Source: a virus. From it: 64,000 nt of DNA. Position 1 is the first letter of the stretch, and the number at the start of each line of letters is the position of its first letter. The stretch lies in the IMG/VR virus record IMGVR_UViG_3300042691_041392, one strand, 5' to 3'. The notes beneath the pieces are model-generated. The model had not been told where the DNA came from. It searched no databases and was given only the letters and a program-made list of their open reading frames with translations. Made by a program: the position numbers and the translations under genes. Positions 19,190 to 28,683 of the stretch are shown here, piece after piece.

Positions 19190-21034
19190 TTAGAATACAT
19201 CAGTATCATCTGGCATATCACCATCATCCATTGAGTAGAAGTTGAATATAAATAGTGGTTCTACTTTTCTTGTTTCCCATATATCACATTCCAAATCAAA
19301 ATCAATTAAGACATCTTTATCAATTTTCTTTATAACTTCATAGATATGAATAACTTCATCAAGTTTATAAAAATAATTAACCATTCCGTATGTTGTTGGT
19401 ATAATTTGAACTTTTAAATTCATACCAGTATTTGTTACTTCACAGTTTTTGATACCAGCTTGAGTAATCATTTTTCTCAAAAGATATTTAAGATTATCAA
19501 TATCATCAGTGTTATTATCGTCATCATCTTCATATTGATCATAATCCTCTTCCTCTTCATCATCCCATCTATCCCACTCTTCATTTAAGAATTGGTCATA
19601 TTTCTTCAATTTATTTGACTCATAAGGATCATTATAAGTTCTATTAGTCTTAGATGAACTATCTTTACCCAATATAATTTGTAAATATGTCTCATCAAAT
19701 AAACAAGAAGTTGGTCTTTTGTGAAGTTTCATAACATTTCTAAGTTCTTTTAAACTTTCTAAAATGGTATCAATATCTTCATTTTCTAAATCAAAGTTTA
19801 CATAAACATTACCGTGATCAGTTGAAATAGTTTTATCTAAATTAACTCCTTTTAAAGCATCGACAAATTCTTTATTTGATGTTTTAACATTAGATATCAT
19901 CTGTTTAATAGCCGCTCTATCTTGAATAGTTCTCACAACTGGTAAGTTAGCCCAATCTACATTAACAGAAGCTTTACATAAATCTATTAAGTAATCCATA
20001 TTTTGAATTTCTTTACCAGTATGCTCATTTAAATAACCAACTGAAACGTTTGTACATTCAGGAATATCATCTATAAATGAAGCTGAATCGGTGAATACAC
20101 CAGTAGGGTCAATTTTCAAATTCAATCCACTTGCGTTATATTGTTCACAAAGTGCGTTACCAAATTCATCAGAACAACATCTACCACCAGCTTGTGCGGT
20201 AATAACAGAAATTGTTTTTCTTCTATCAAAAGAAACACATCTTTTAATATTTTTCAAATAACTAACTTCATCATATTTATCAGCTAAAGCTCTAGAACCA
20301 ATACCACCTCTTTCTTCTCCGATAAAGAAGTAATAAAGACCTGGTACATTTTTAGCCATCATATATAACATAACAGTTGTTCCTGCTTTATCATCAGCAC
20401 CTAATACTGTTGTTCCATCAGTTACGATGTGTTCTTGTTCATCAATTTGAACAGAAAAAAGTCTTGTAACAGCTTGTTTTCTATCGGCTGTATCTAAGTG
20501 ACAAGTAAACATAGTTGTTGGATTGTCACCAATTATTTTATAATAGTTACCAACAATATCTTTACTTAATTCAGGTAGGAATTGAAGAACTTCATCTTCA
20601 TGTCCATGTGGATAAGTTTTAGTAACTAATGAAAGGAATGTAGATCTTGGATCTAATGGATTATATTCAAATGTAGGAACCTTAATTGGAATTTTTTCAT
20701 CTTCAACAGATTCTCCTTTTTTAACTTTATTATACAAAGTAACAAAGTTTTGAATATCTTCTGATGTAAAATAATTATGAAAATAATATCTAATAAAGTT
20801 ACCACATTTCATATCAACTGTTCCTTTATCTTTTGTTGTTACTTTAAAATGAAAATCTTTATCAGAAACATCAACATTTGTTATTTTCAATCCATTGAAA
20901 TATTCTGTATCTTCATCATCTAAACATAATATTTCAAAAGCAATATATTCATTCATATCATTAAGCTTTTCTAATACATCTATTAAAGCTTTTGATAATT
21001 TTATTTTTGGTAAGTTTGTTGGTTCTCCCGCCAT
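19190..21034 (-). CDS. M28/M20-type zinc metallopeptidase with N- and C-terminal extensions
   Basis: CHLDT, LGADDKAG, GEERG, FDR, FTDS and NEHT metal-binding motifs. Confidence 0.8.
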   Translation of the reverse strand: MAGEPTNLPKIKLSKALIDVLEKLNDMNEYIAFEILCLDDEDTEYFNGLKITNVDVSDKDFHFKVTTKDKGTVDMKCGNFIRYYFHNYFTSEDIQNFVTLYNKVKKGESVEDEKIPIKVPTFEYNPLDPRSTFLSLVTKTYPHGHEDEVLQFLPELSKDIVGNYYKIIGDNPTTMFTCHLDTADRKQAVTRLFSVQIDEQEHIVTDGTTVLGADDKAGTTVMLYMMAKNVPGLYYFFIGEERGGIGSRALADKYDEVSYLKNIKRCVSFDRRKTISVITAQAGGRCCSDEFGNALCEQYNASGLNLKIDPTGVFTDSASFIDDIPECTNVSVGYLNEHTGKEIQNMDYLIDLCKASVNVDWANLPVVRTIQDRAAIKQMISNVKTSNKEFVDALKGVNLDKTISTDHGNVYVNFDLENEDIDTILESLKELRNVMKLHKRPTSCLFDETYLQIILGKDSSSKTNRTYNDPYESNKLKKYDQFLNEEWDRWDDEEEEDYDQYEDDDDNNTDDIDNLKYLLRKMITQAGIKNCEVTNTGMNLKVQIIPTTYGMVNYFYKLDEVIHIYEVIKKIDKDVLIDFDLECDIWETRKVEPLFIFNFYSMDDGDMPDDTDVF

Positions 21035-21071
21035 CTTTTAAAATTTCTTTTTTTGTATATATTAAATTCAA

Positions 21072-21686
21072 TTAATGAGTTATTTCAACTCTACCTTTAG
21101 AATATCTAACATACCTACTATTTGTATGATCTACCTGCACTTGACCAGTTACAGATCCTTGTTTTTTACTAACATAATCTTTTGTACAAACAACTATATC
21201 ACAATTTGAAAGGTCATTTAAAGAATATTTCTTTTTTTCATTACTTTCCATCTTTTCTAAATGACTGTTTTTTTTAACTATGTCAGCAGCTTGTAGAATA
21301 ACATTCTCTGGTATAATATCATCTTTTAATGTTTTAATTATAAGATGAGTTCCAATAATTCTATCACCAGTAACTTCTTCACCATTAGTTTTATAATAGT
21401 GATCAGGATTTTTTATACTTGTAGCGTGCATCCAAATATCATTTTTACTAGGCTCTGAACCACCGATTGGGTTAGCAAATTTACCGGAATACATAGTGGT
21501 TAGAAAATCATTACTTTTAGCATTTCTACCCCAATAGACATCATATACATTTTCTGGATTATTCGAATCTGATATTTTTTTATGTTTTATATCATAACCA
21601 TCCAATTTGAATTGTTCTAAATCACTTTTTGGAGTGCTTGTAGATGTCTCATATACTTTAAACGTTTTAAATCTTTTAATTCTCAT
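21072..21686 (-). CDS. Stand-alone NFACT-R (DUF814, RqcH/Rqc2 RNA-binding) domain protein
   Basis: GRNAKSNDFLT...DIWMHA...GTHLII...ILQAADIV..NS...YVSK..G...GQV matches the NFACT-R pattern GRN..QND.LT...D.W.H...GSHV....AA.LA..YS..YV.K. Confidence 0.7.
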   Translation of the reverse strand: MRIKRFKTFKVYETSTSTPKSDLEQFKLDGYDIKHKKISDSNNPENVYDVYWGRNAKSNDFLTTMYSGKFANPIGGSEPSKNDIWMHATSIKNPDHYYKTNGEEVTGDRIIGTHLIIKTLKDDIIPENVILQAADIVKKNSHLEKMESNEKKKYSLNDLSNCDIVVCTKDYVSKKQGSVTGQVQVDHTNSRYVRYSKGRVEITH

Positions 21687-21720
21687 AGTTTATATATTAA
21701 AATTGAAAAATGTATAAACA

Positions 21721-21748
21721 AAAAAAACTCTCCATCAGGAGAGTTTTT
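21721..21748. terminator. Terminator after the major capsid gene
   Basis: AAAAAACTCTCC-atca-GGAGAGTTTTTT. Confidence 0.8.
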
Positions 21749-21765
21749 TATATCTTTATTAACTA

Positions 21766-23517
21766 TTAGTTAAGTAATTGATTTCTATCAGTTACAACGA
21801 TAGTCATAAATTGTTTTTGTGGGAACCAACCAACTTCAGCTACTGCGTATCTAGATCTTAGTAACATTCTTGGAGCGAAAGTCGCTTCAGAAATAACTGA
21901 GATAGATTGAGCCATTAAGTAAGGTACGAAGATGATACCTGGTTGATCAGGATTGTTTTTTCTACCTAAAACGATTCTGTTGTCGTTATATTTCATGTAT
22001 GGATCAACATAGATAGAAATATCACCAATTGAACCAACAGGATATAATTGACCTTGTCCGTTTAATTTAGATTTAACTGGGTTAATAGTGTAACCAGCGA
22101 TATCTTGTAAAGCTGCAGCTAATCCCCCGTTTGTGATTAAGTATTGAGCTGGACCTACACGACCTTCAGTTGCGATGTAGTTAGAAGCGTGAGCAATCTT
22201 AGTGATTAACTTTCTTTGAACAGCGTGTGTAGTTTCACCTGTTACAGCAGCACTAGCATAAGCTGTGTTTAAGTCAAAGATTGTTGAAGCAGAACCAGTA
22301 ATTAAAGTACTTGATAAAGAAGTATTTAATGGAGCTGATGTTCTGTTTAACGCACCCATCTCAAAGATTTTAGCAACGATTTGTTTAGAAATTGTTTGAG
22401 ATAACTCGTTAACAAGGATAGATTCCATTTTTTGAACGATATCCATACCTGTGTTAGCTTTAATATCTTCAATTTCTGTTCTTCTTAAAGCTGAAGATAC
22501 TTCAATAGTACCAACTGCGATAGTTTTAGAAGAAATTTTTGGTCCGATAACACCAGCGTAAGAGTCATCGTCAGCATCTCTACCCATTGGGTAAGAACCA
22601 GCAGCGTTAGAAGTAGCAACACCTGTCCAGTTTGCAGAGAAACCAGGGATATGATCTTCTAATGCAGATACTAATTCAACAGTTTTTGTACTTGCACCTG
22701 ATACAGAGTGAGTACCAACAAGAACGATTTGAGATGACATAGAAGCCGTAGCTGAGAATGTATTTCTTGTAGAGTCAAAAGCCCAAGCAGTTGTAAATTG
22801 GTTTACACCTGTGTGAGATGTGTTAGCTTGTCTGTAAGCTCTGAAGATTGGGTAACCATCGATACGAGAGAAACCTAAGAACTCAGCGTAAGCAGCTTTG
22901 TTTGAAGGCTCAGTTTGAGTAAACTCACCACCTACTGGTGCTTCAGATCCTGCTGTGTTAGATGCAGTACCTAAAGTAACCCATACTCTACCACCTTGAA
23001 GACCACCACTTGTTTGAGTAATGTTATATCCAGATAATTTAGTGTTTAATGTTGTAGTAACATTTCCTAATGTAGTAGAGTCTAAGTTTAATTTGAAAAC
23101 TTGTGGTCTCTCATCAGATGCGCCTAATCTTGTATCATCATATTGGAAATCAATATAAAGTAAATCAATTTTCGGACCTGGAGAAGGTTTAACAGCTACT
23201 AAATCTAAACCGATTGTTTGAGCAGCGATTTTCATAGCTACTGGTAAAAGGTTTTGACCAACGTCTCCTGAACCAGCAACACCACCCCAGTTTGCACCAA
23301 CTGTAACACCTGAAGGTGTATTTGAACCAATAACTGGATTTAAAACAGCACCCATACCTGCTACGTTAGAAGCATTTACATATGCATTTTCATTGATTGA
23401 GTGAAACTCAGCGTATTCCGCCATCCATTCAACTCTATCACCTGTAACTCCCATGTTCTCAAGAACCGGAGCCCATTTCTTAGTTGCTTTCGCTTTGTCT
23501 ATTCTAATGTGTGACAT
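21766..23517 (-). CDS. gp23: Major capsid protein (T4 gp23-like)
   Basis: KKWAPVLE, IGLDLVAVKP, IYVDPY, FVPY and RSRYAV gp23-family motifs; biased codon usage; probable maturation site SINE. Confidence 0.9.
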   Translation of the reverse strand: MSHIRIDKAKATKKWAPVLENMGVTGDRVEWMAEYAEFHSINENAYVNASNVAGMGAVLNPVIGSNTPSGVTVGANWGGVAGSGDVGQNLLPVAMKIAAQTIGLDLVAVKPSPGPKIDLLYIDFQYDDTRLGASDERPQVFKLNLDSTTLGNVTTTLNTKLSGYNITQTSGGLQGGRVWVTLGTASNTAGSEAPVGGEFTQTEPSNKAAYAEFLGFSRIDGYPIFRAYRQANTSHTGVNQFTTAWAFDSTRNTFSATASMSSQIVLVGTHSVSGASTKTVELVSALEDHIPGFSANWTGVATSNAAGSYPMGRDADDDSYAGVIGPKISSKTIAVGTIEVSSALRRTEIEDIKANTGMDIVQKMESILVNELSQTISKQIVAKIFEMGALNRTSAPLNTSLSSTLITGSASTIFDLNTAYASAAVTGETTHAVQRKLITKIAHASNYIATEGRVGPAQYLITNGGLAAALQDIAGYTINPVKSKLNGQGQLYPVGSIGDISIYVDPYMKYNDNRIVLGRKNNPDQPGIIFVPYLMAQSISVISEATFAPRMLLRSRYAVAEVGWFPQKQFMTIVVTDRNQLLN

Positions 23518-23551
23518 AATTAATTTATTTTTTTTTATTTTTTTTATAATC

Positions 23552-23597
23552 TATATATTACCTTAATTTTACTCGTTTTTTTCAAGTGTGGATTTTT
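23552..23597 (-). promoter_or_regulatory. Late promoter TAATATATA with upstream GAAAAAA..GAGT element
   Basis: AAAAATCCAcacttGAAAAAAACGAGT...TAATATATA before the MCP; similar at 25746-25790. Confidence 0.6.
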
Positions 23598-23603
23598 TAT
23601 AGA

Positions 23604-25712
23604 TTAGATGTTTTTGAATCTTTCCATAATAGCATTTACATCATTGTCAGATAATTTATCTTCTTGAATTAAAGCATCATGTGAAACTAATTTTTTAGTT
23701 ACAGATTCATTTGTTTTAAGATTTCTAGTTGCCCAGAAATGCTCAATTTGTGACTCAGTTGTTAACATTTCAGCTGGGTATAATCTAGCTTGTGATAACA
23801 TAGATTTTTTAGCTGATTCATTTAACTGATTCCAGATAGCCTTAGTGTTTTCAGGCATCATTCTGATAACTCTTTCTTCTAGAGTTTCATTTTTAGTTGA
23901 TAATGCTTCAGAAATTAATGAAAGAACTTCTTTTTGTGTGAAGTAACTTCTTTCGTTTATGTGAAGTTTAACAGTTTCTTGTTCTTCATTAGTTAAAGCA
24001 TAGTAACTATCAACTTGTGATTTAGATAAGAATTTTAAGAAATTCAAATCTGATGTCTCGGAAACTTTACGTTTTTTAGCCTCTTCGATTAATTTATTAA
24101 TAGATTCAGATAATTCAGAATCATTGTCACCAGAAACTTCATAGTCCATTGGTCCACATTCTTCATCATCTTCTTCATCTTCTTCGTGTGCATAAGCCTC
24201 TTCAGAACCTACGTGAGAAATACCATTGTATTCTTCTTCATCTTCGTTTTCTTCTTCAGAACCCCAAGCTTCTTCTTCATCCTCATCTTCTAAAGAAGAA
24301 AAACCAGCAGCGTTTAATGTTGGGAAAGCTTCTTCAGCAGATTCGAATAATTTACCACCGTTTAATTTCTCAGCAATCATCCCAGCGTAAGAGATTGATT
24401 TGTCTAAGTTCTCAGCGATATATTCAGAGTAAGCGATATTATCATCTAAGTGTTCAGCGATATATTCTGAATAAGCGATATTACCTTCTACGTGCTCAGC
24501 TAAATACTCAGAGTAAGCAATTGAATTATCAACGTGCTCAGCGATATATTCAGAGTAAGCGATGTTTTTATCTAAGTTTTCAGCGATGTATTCAGAGTAA
24601 GCGATATTCTTATCTAAATTCTCAGCGATATACTCAGAGTAAGCGATGTTTTTATCTAAGTTTTCAGCGATATACTCAGAATAAGAGATATTCTTATCTA
24701 AGTTTTCAGCGATATACTCAGAGTAAGCGATGTTTTTATCTAAGTTTTCAGCAACGTATTCAGAATAAGCGATATTCTTATCTAAATTCTCAGCTAAATA
24801 CTCAGAGTAATTAACAGCTTTTTCTAGATTTTCAGCTAAATAGTCATTGTGTTTAATAAGTTTGTCAGTTGTTTCTTTTAACGACTTGTTCTCATTAACC
24901 ATAATTTGAACTTTTTCAGCTAAATAATCTAAATACTTAACAACTTGAGAATTAGTAGTGTTTAATTCATCATAATACTCAAGTAGTTGTTCTAATTTCT
25001 TAGGGCTTAAGTTACCTTTAGAAATAGCATTCTTAACTTCTTTCTTTGTAGAAGCTAATTCATTAACTAAATACTTAGAGTAATCAGTTAATTGTTGCTT
25101 AGTAACAAACTCATTTTTGTTCATGTTAAATAGATCATTTATTTTTGACTCATCGGACATTTCATATATCCTAAAGTTGGATTGTGGATTATCATAACCT
25201 AGTGATTCATTAAGTGTTTTAACACTCATTTTAGCTGAAGCAAAACCTGGATCAGCAACTATATCATAAGTAAATAATTTCTTTAACGAAACTGATCCGT
25301 CAGACTCAGTAATACCTGCGGCTCTAGAAGAAACAAAAACAGGACATCCGTCATCGACCAATGCCTTAGCTTCTTTACCCCAATAAGTACTTAATAATCT
25401 GATTTCACCAGTGACATTATTAGCCTCTTTAACATAGTTAGCTTTAGTAATTATGTGTGAAGCCCTTGAAAGAGATGTGTCAAATACGTCTGGATGGTCA
25501 AATTCACCATACACAGCACCTAACCCATTCATCCTTTCGTTAAGTTCTTGTAGAGCTGGTAAGAATTTTTCAGCTGTATAAATTCTTTCATTACGGTTTT
25601 TAACACCGAATTCTGTAAATATACCACCTAATACATACTTATCTTTACTCACCGAATTATTCTCAACAATAAGAGAATTAGTTGAATTTTCTACAATTAA
25701 GACTGGTTTCAT
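23604..25712 (-). CDS. gp21: Prohead protease (gp21-like) fused to a coiled-coil scaffold
   Basis: KNRNERIY, GEFDHP, VSSRAAG and YDIVADPGF in the first ~170 aa, then 14-aa repeats and an acidic region. Confidence 0.85.
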   Translation of the reverse strand: MKPVLIVENSTNSLIVENNSVSKDKYVLGGIFTEFGVKNRNERIYTAEKFLPALQELNERMNGLGAVYGEFDHPDVFDTSLSRASHIITKANYVKEANNVTGEIRLLSTYWGKEAKALVDDGCPVFVSSRAAGITESDGSVSLKKLFTYDIVADPGFASAKMSVKTLNESLGYDNPQSNFRIYEMSDESKINDLFNMNKNEFVTKQQLTDYSKYLVNELASTKKEVKNAISKGNLSPKKLEQLLEYYDELNTTNSQVVKYLDYLAEKVQIMVNENKSLKETTDKLIKHNDYLAENLEKAVNYSEYLAENLDKNIAYSEYVAENLDKNIAYSEYIAENLDKNISYSEYIAENLDKNIAYSEYIAENLDKNIAYSEYIAENLDKNIAYSEYIAEHVDNSIAYSEYLAEHVEGNIAYSEYIAEHLDDNIAYSEYIAENLDKSISYAGMIAEKLNGGKLFESAEEAFPTLNAAGFSSLEDEDEEEAWGSEEENEDEEEYNGISHVGSEEAYAHEEDEEDDEECGPMDYEVSGDNDSELSESINKLIEEAKKRKVSETSDLNFLKFLSKSQVDSYYALTNEEQETVKLHINERSYFTQKEVLSLISEALSTKNETLEERVIRMMPENTKAIWNQLNESAKKSMLSQARLYPAEMLTTESQIEHFWATRNLKTNESVTKKLVSHDALIQEDKLSDNDVNAIMERFKNI
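24360..24850 (-). repeat. 42-bp coding tandem repeat (YSEYIAENLDKNIA x10 plus degenerate flanks)
   Basis: Read directly from the translation. Confidence 0.9.
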
Positions 25713-25889
25713 GTAAAATAGTTATTTTTTGTATAAATTATAGTGTATATATTGCCTTATCAAACTCCTCTTTTTTCTATATGGATTTTTTACAGTAACT
25801 AAATTTTATAAATACCAAAAGGCTTTTTAAATCATGATTTTTAAAACATTTTCAAAATGAAAAATAAAATACATGTATATTTATATAAA

Positions 25890-26288
25890 ATGATTCTAAC
25901 TAGAGAAATAGATGTAAAGATTAGTGAGTCCAATTTTCATTACTATGAAGACTTAGGATATGATATAGGATTGGGTGAGGTTATTACCATACCAGTAGAA
26001 TTACTTTCGAAAGGTTCCCATCATAAAATAAAGTGCCAATGTGATAGTTGTGGTATAGAAAAACAGGTTATATATAAAAACTATCTTAAATACGACAATA
26101 AGAATTGGGGAGACTATTTTTGTAGAAAATGTTCAGAAATAAAAAGAAAAGAAACACTAAGAAAAAACTTTGGTGTTGATTATCCTATACAAAATAAAAA
26201 AGTATTATCTAAAATGAAAAATACCTTAGTTGAAAAATACGGTGTAGATAATATATCAAAAAAGAATAAAATAAATAAAGATGGCTAA
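25890..26288 (+). CDS. Zn-finger protein resembling homing-endonuclease DNA-binding modules, no nuclease domain
   Basis: CDSC...CRKC and FGVDYP/YGVDNI repeats; start moved to ATG 25890. Confidence 0.55.
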   Translation: MILTREIDVKISESNFHYYEDLGYDIGLGEVITIPVELLSKGSHHKIKCQCDSCGIEKQVIYKNYLKYDNKNWGDYFCRKCSEIKRKETLRKNFGVDYPIQNKKVLSKMKNTLVEKYGVDNISKKNKINKDG

Positions 26289-28185
26289 ATACAATGAAGG
26301 AGATATTCTTGAATCTCAAATAGAATTCTCCGTTAGCGGAAATGCAACTGTCAAAGTTGATGGAAAAGAATTTTTCGTACATAAAAAGAGAACGTTAAAT
26401 TCACTACACTTAGATAAAGTAAGATTTGTTCTCTTTAAAGGAGAAAAAAAATTAGAAGCAAAAGTAATAGAGGTAGTTGAAAGATTTAAATTAGAATTTG
26501 TAGGAACTACTCAAGTTAAAAAAGATCACACATTTGTTATACCAGATAACTCAAAAATACACGTTGACTTTTATATAAAAGGTAAACACTCAGCAGAAGA
26601 TAATCAAAAAGTACTTGTTAAATTTGATAGTTGGGAAAACGGTCAAAAATCACCAAATGCTAAAATTGTTAAAATTTTAGGAACTGTTGGTGAGAATGAA
26701 ACCGAAATGAACGCTATTATGTATGAATATAACTTACCAGTGGATTTCCCACAAGAAGTTTTAAATGAATCAGAGTTAATATCAGAAGTTATTACTGAGA
26801 AAGAGATATCTAAAAGAAGAGATTTGAGAAATATAACTACAATCGGTATCGATCCGTTTGATTCAAAAGATGCTGATGATACAATCGGATTAGAATTTAA
26901 AGATGGTAAAAGATATGTTTCTATAAATATCGCAGATGTTACACACTATATAAAACCAGGAAGTGCCTTAGATGAAGAAGCTTATAAAAGATCATCTTCT
27001 GTTTATTTAGTTGATAGATGTGTGCCAATGATACCAAAAAGATTGAGTAATGGTATATGTTCTTTAAAATCAGGTAGTGATAAACTATGTTACTCTGTTA
27101 TAGTTGAATTAGATACAAATGGTAGAATTGAAAACACTTGGTTTGGTAGAACTATTGTAAACGTAAATAAAGACTATTCTTATGAAATGGCTCAAGAAGT
27201 TATCGACAGAGGAACAGCATCAGAAGAAAATAAAGATTGTGATGAGGTTATTTTAGAATTACACAGATTAGCTTTAAAAATGAGAAGAAGAAGAATGTTA
27301 GGAGGTTCCATGGAAATTGGTGGTGTTGAAGTTAAATTCAAATTAGCTGATGATAATAAAAAACCAATTGGACTTTATTTAAAAGAACAAAAAGAAGCTA
27401 ATCACTTAATAGAAGAATATATGTTATTAGCGAATAGAGAAGTTGCTAAGTTTATTAAGTCTAGAGGGTTACCTTGTGTTAATAGAATTCACGAAGAACC
27501 GGATGAAACTAAATTAGAACATATTAAAACATTCATATCAACTTTAGGATATGAAGTAAATTACGGTGATACACCTGAGAAGACTAAATTAGTTATAAAT
27601 GAACTAATGAAAAGTTGCAAAGGAACTAGTGAGGAAAACATCATTACAACTTTAATAGTTAGAGCTCAGCAAAAGGCTAAATATACAACTAGAAACATTG
27701 GTCATTATGGTTTGGGATTTGAACACTATTCACACTTCACAAGTCCGATTAGAAGATATAGTGATATGTTGACACATAGATTATTATCAATGGCATTGAA
27801 AAGTGAGGGATATAGTAAAGATGTTAAACCAAACGAATTAGAAAAACAATGTGAGTGGATATCTAAACAAGAAGTAGTATCAGCAAAAGCTCAAAGAGAT
27901 TCTATTAAGTATAAACAAGCTGAATACTTAGGAGACAGAATTGGTCAAGTTTTTGATGGAATTGTTTCAGGTGTATTAGATAGAGGAATCTATGTAGAAT
28001 TGTTTGAAAGTAAATGTGAAGGTTTAATAAAACTAAGTAGTTTAGAAGGAAAATGGATGGCTTATCCAGATAATTACTATGCTGTTAGTGATTTAGGTGA
28101 TAAAGTTAGATTAGGTGATCCAATAAAGGTTGTTGTTAAGTCAGTTGATTTAGAAAAGAAACAAATCGATTTTTTAAAATTTTAA
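26281..28185 (+). CDS. rnr: Ribonuclease R (RNB family)
   Basis: IDPFDSKDADD, IADVTHY, LIEEYMLLAN, HYGLGF..YSHFTSPIRRYSD and a C-terminal S1 domain. Confidence 0.92.
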   Translation: MAKYNEGDILESQIEFSVSGNATVKVDGKEFFVHKKRTLNSLHLDKVRFVLFKGEKKLEAKVIEVVERFKLEFVGTTQVKKDHTFVIPDNSKIHVDFYIKGKHSAEDNQKVLVKFDSWENGQKSPNAKIVKILGTVGENETEMNAIMYEYNLPVDFPQEVLNESELISEVITEKEISKRRDLRNITTIGIDPFDSKDADDTIGLEFKDGKRYVSINIADVTHYIKPGSALDEEAYKRSSSVYLVDRCVPMIPKRLSNGICSLKSGSDKLCYSVIVELDTNGRIENTWFGRTIVNVNKDYSYEMAQEVIDRGTASEENKDCDEVILELHRLALKMRRRRMLGGSMEIGGVEVKFKLADDNKKPIGLYLKEQKEANHLIEEYMLLANREVAKFIKSRGLPCVNRIHEEPDETKLEHIKTFISTLGYEVNYGDTPEKTKLVINELMKSCKGTSEENIITTLIVRAQQKAKYTTRNIGHYGLGFEHYSHFTSPIRRYSDMLTHRLLSMALKSEGYSKDVKPNELEKQCEWISKQEVVSAKAQRDSIKYKQAEYLGDRIGQVFDGIVSGVLDRGIYVELFESKCEGLIKLSSLEGKWMAYPDNYYAVSDLGDKVRLGDPIKVVVKSVDLEKKQIDFLKF

Positions 28186-28187
28186 TT

Positions 28188-28646
28188 ATGGGACAATTAT
28201 ATAGAGTAGATAATGAGGATTCTCATTTAAAAAATAGAATTAAAAAATTCTATTTAGAAGGAATTAAATTATCACAATTTGAAAATAAATTAGAAAAGTG
28301 GCCCAACTGGTTACAATTTAAAAGAGAAATTAAGTTGAACTCTTTACTAGAAGGTAAAAGAGTTCAATTTGATATTGAAGATATTAATGAATGGGGTAAA
28401 ATTGATAGTGTTAAATCAAATGATATGAGTTTATCTGATGTGGTTTTTTCGGTTAAAAGAATCACAATGATTATAAAAGATGATATTGTCGATGAGTTAG
28501 AAATTGAATGGAGACCATTACAAACAGAATTGGGTAGATCAATAATTGGATTATTAGATGCTGGAATTGATGTAGATATATCTATGAGTTTCTTTGAGGA
28601 TCAATTTAGTCATTTTTATATAAAAACAGAAAAGAATGTAGCATAA
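28188..28646 (+). CDS. Catalytically degenerate prohead-protease paralog with an internal RExK tag
   Basis: WGKIDSVKSNDMSLS aligns ungapped with protease YGEFDHPDVFDTSLS; LQTELGRSIIGLLDAG aligns with LSTYWGKEAKALVDDG; both His lost. Confidence 0.6.
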   Translation: MGQLYRVDNEDSHLKNRIKKFYLEGIKLSQFENKLEKWPNWLQFKREIKLNSLLEGKRVQFDIEDINEWGKIDSVKSNDMSLSDVVFSVKRITMIIKDDIVDELEIEWRPLQTELGRSIIGLLDAGIDVDISMSFFEDQFSHFYIKTEKNVA

Positions 28647-28677
28647 AAAAGTCTCAGTTTTCACTGAGACTTTTTTT
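28645..28677. terminator. Bidirectional terminator
   Basis: AAAAAAGTCTCAG-ttttca-CTGAGACTTTTTT. Confidence 0.8.
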
Positions 28678-28683
28678 ATATCA

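Noticed and set aside
24149-24814. 221-aa plus-strand ORF and a possible CRISPR-like array
   Set aside because: Antisense shadow of the 42-bp coding repeat; no unique spacers and no cas genes
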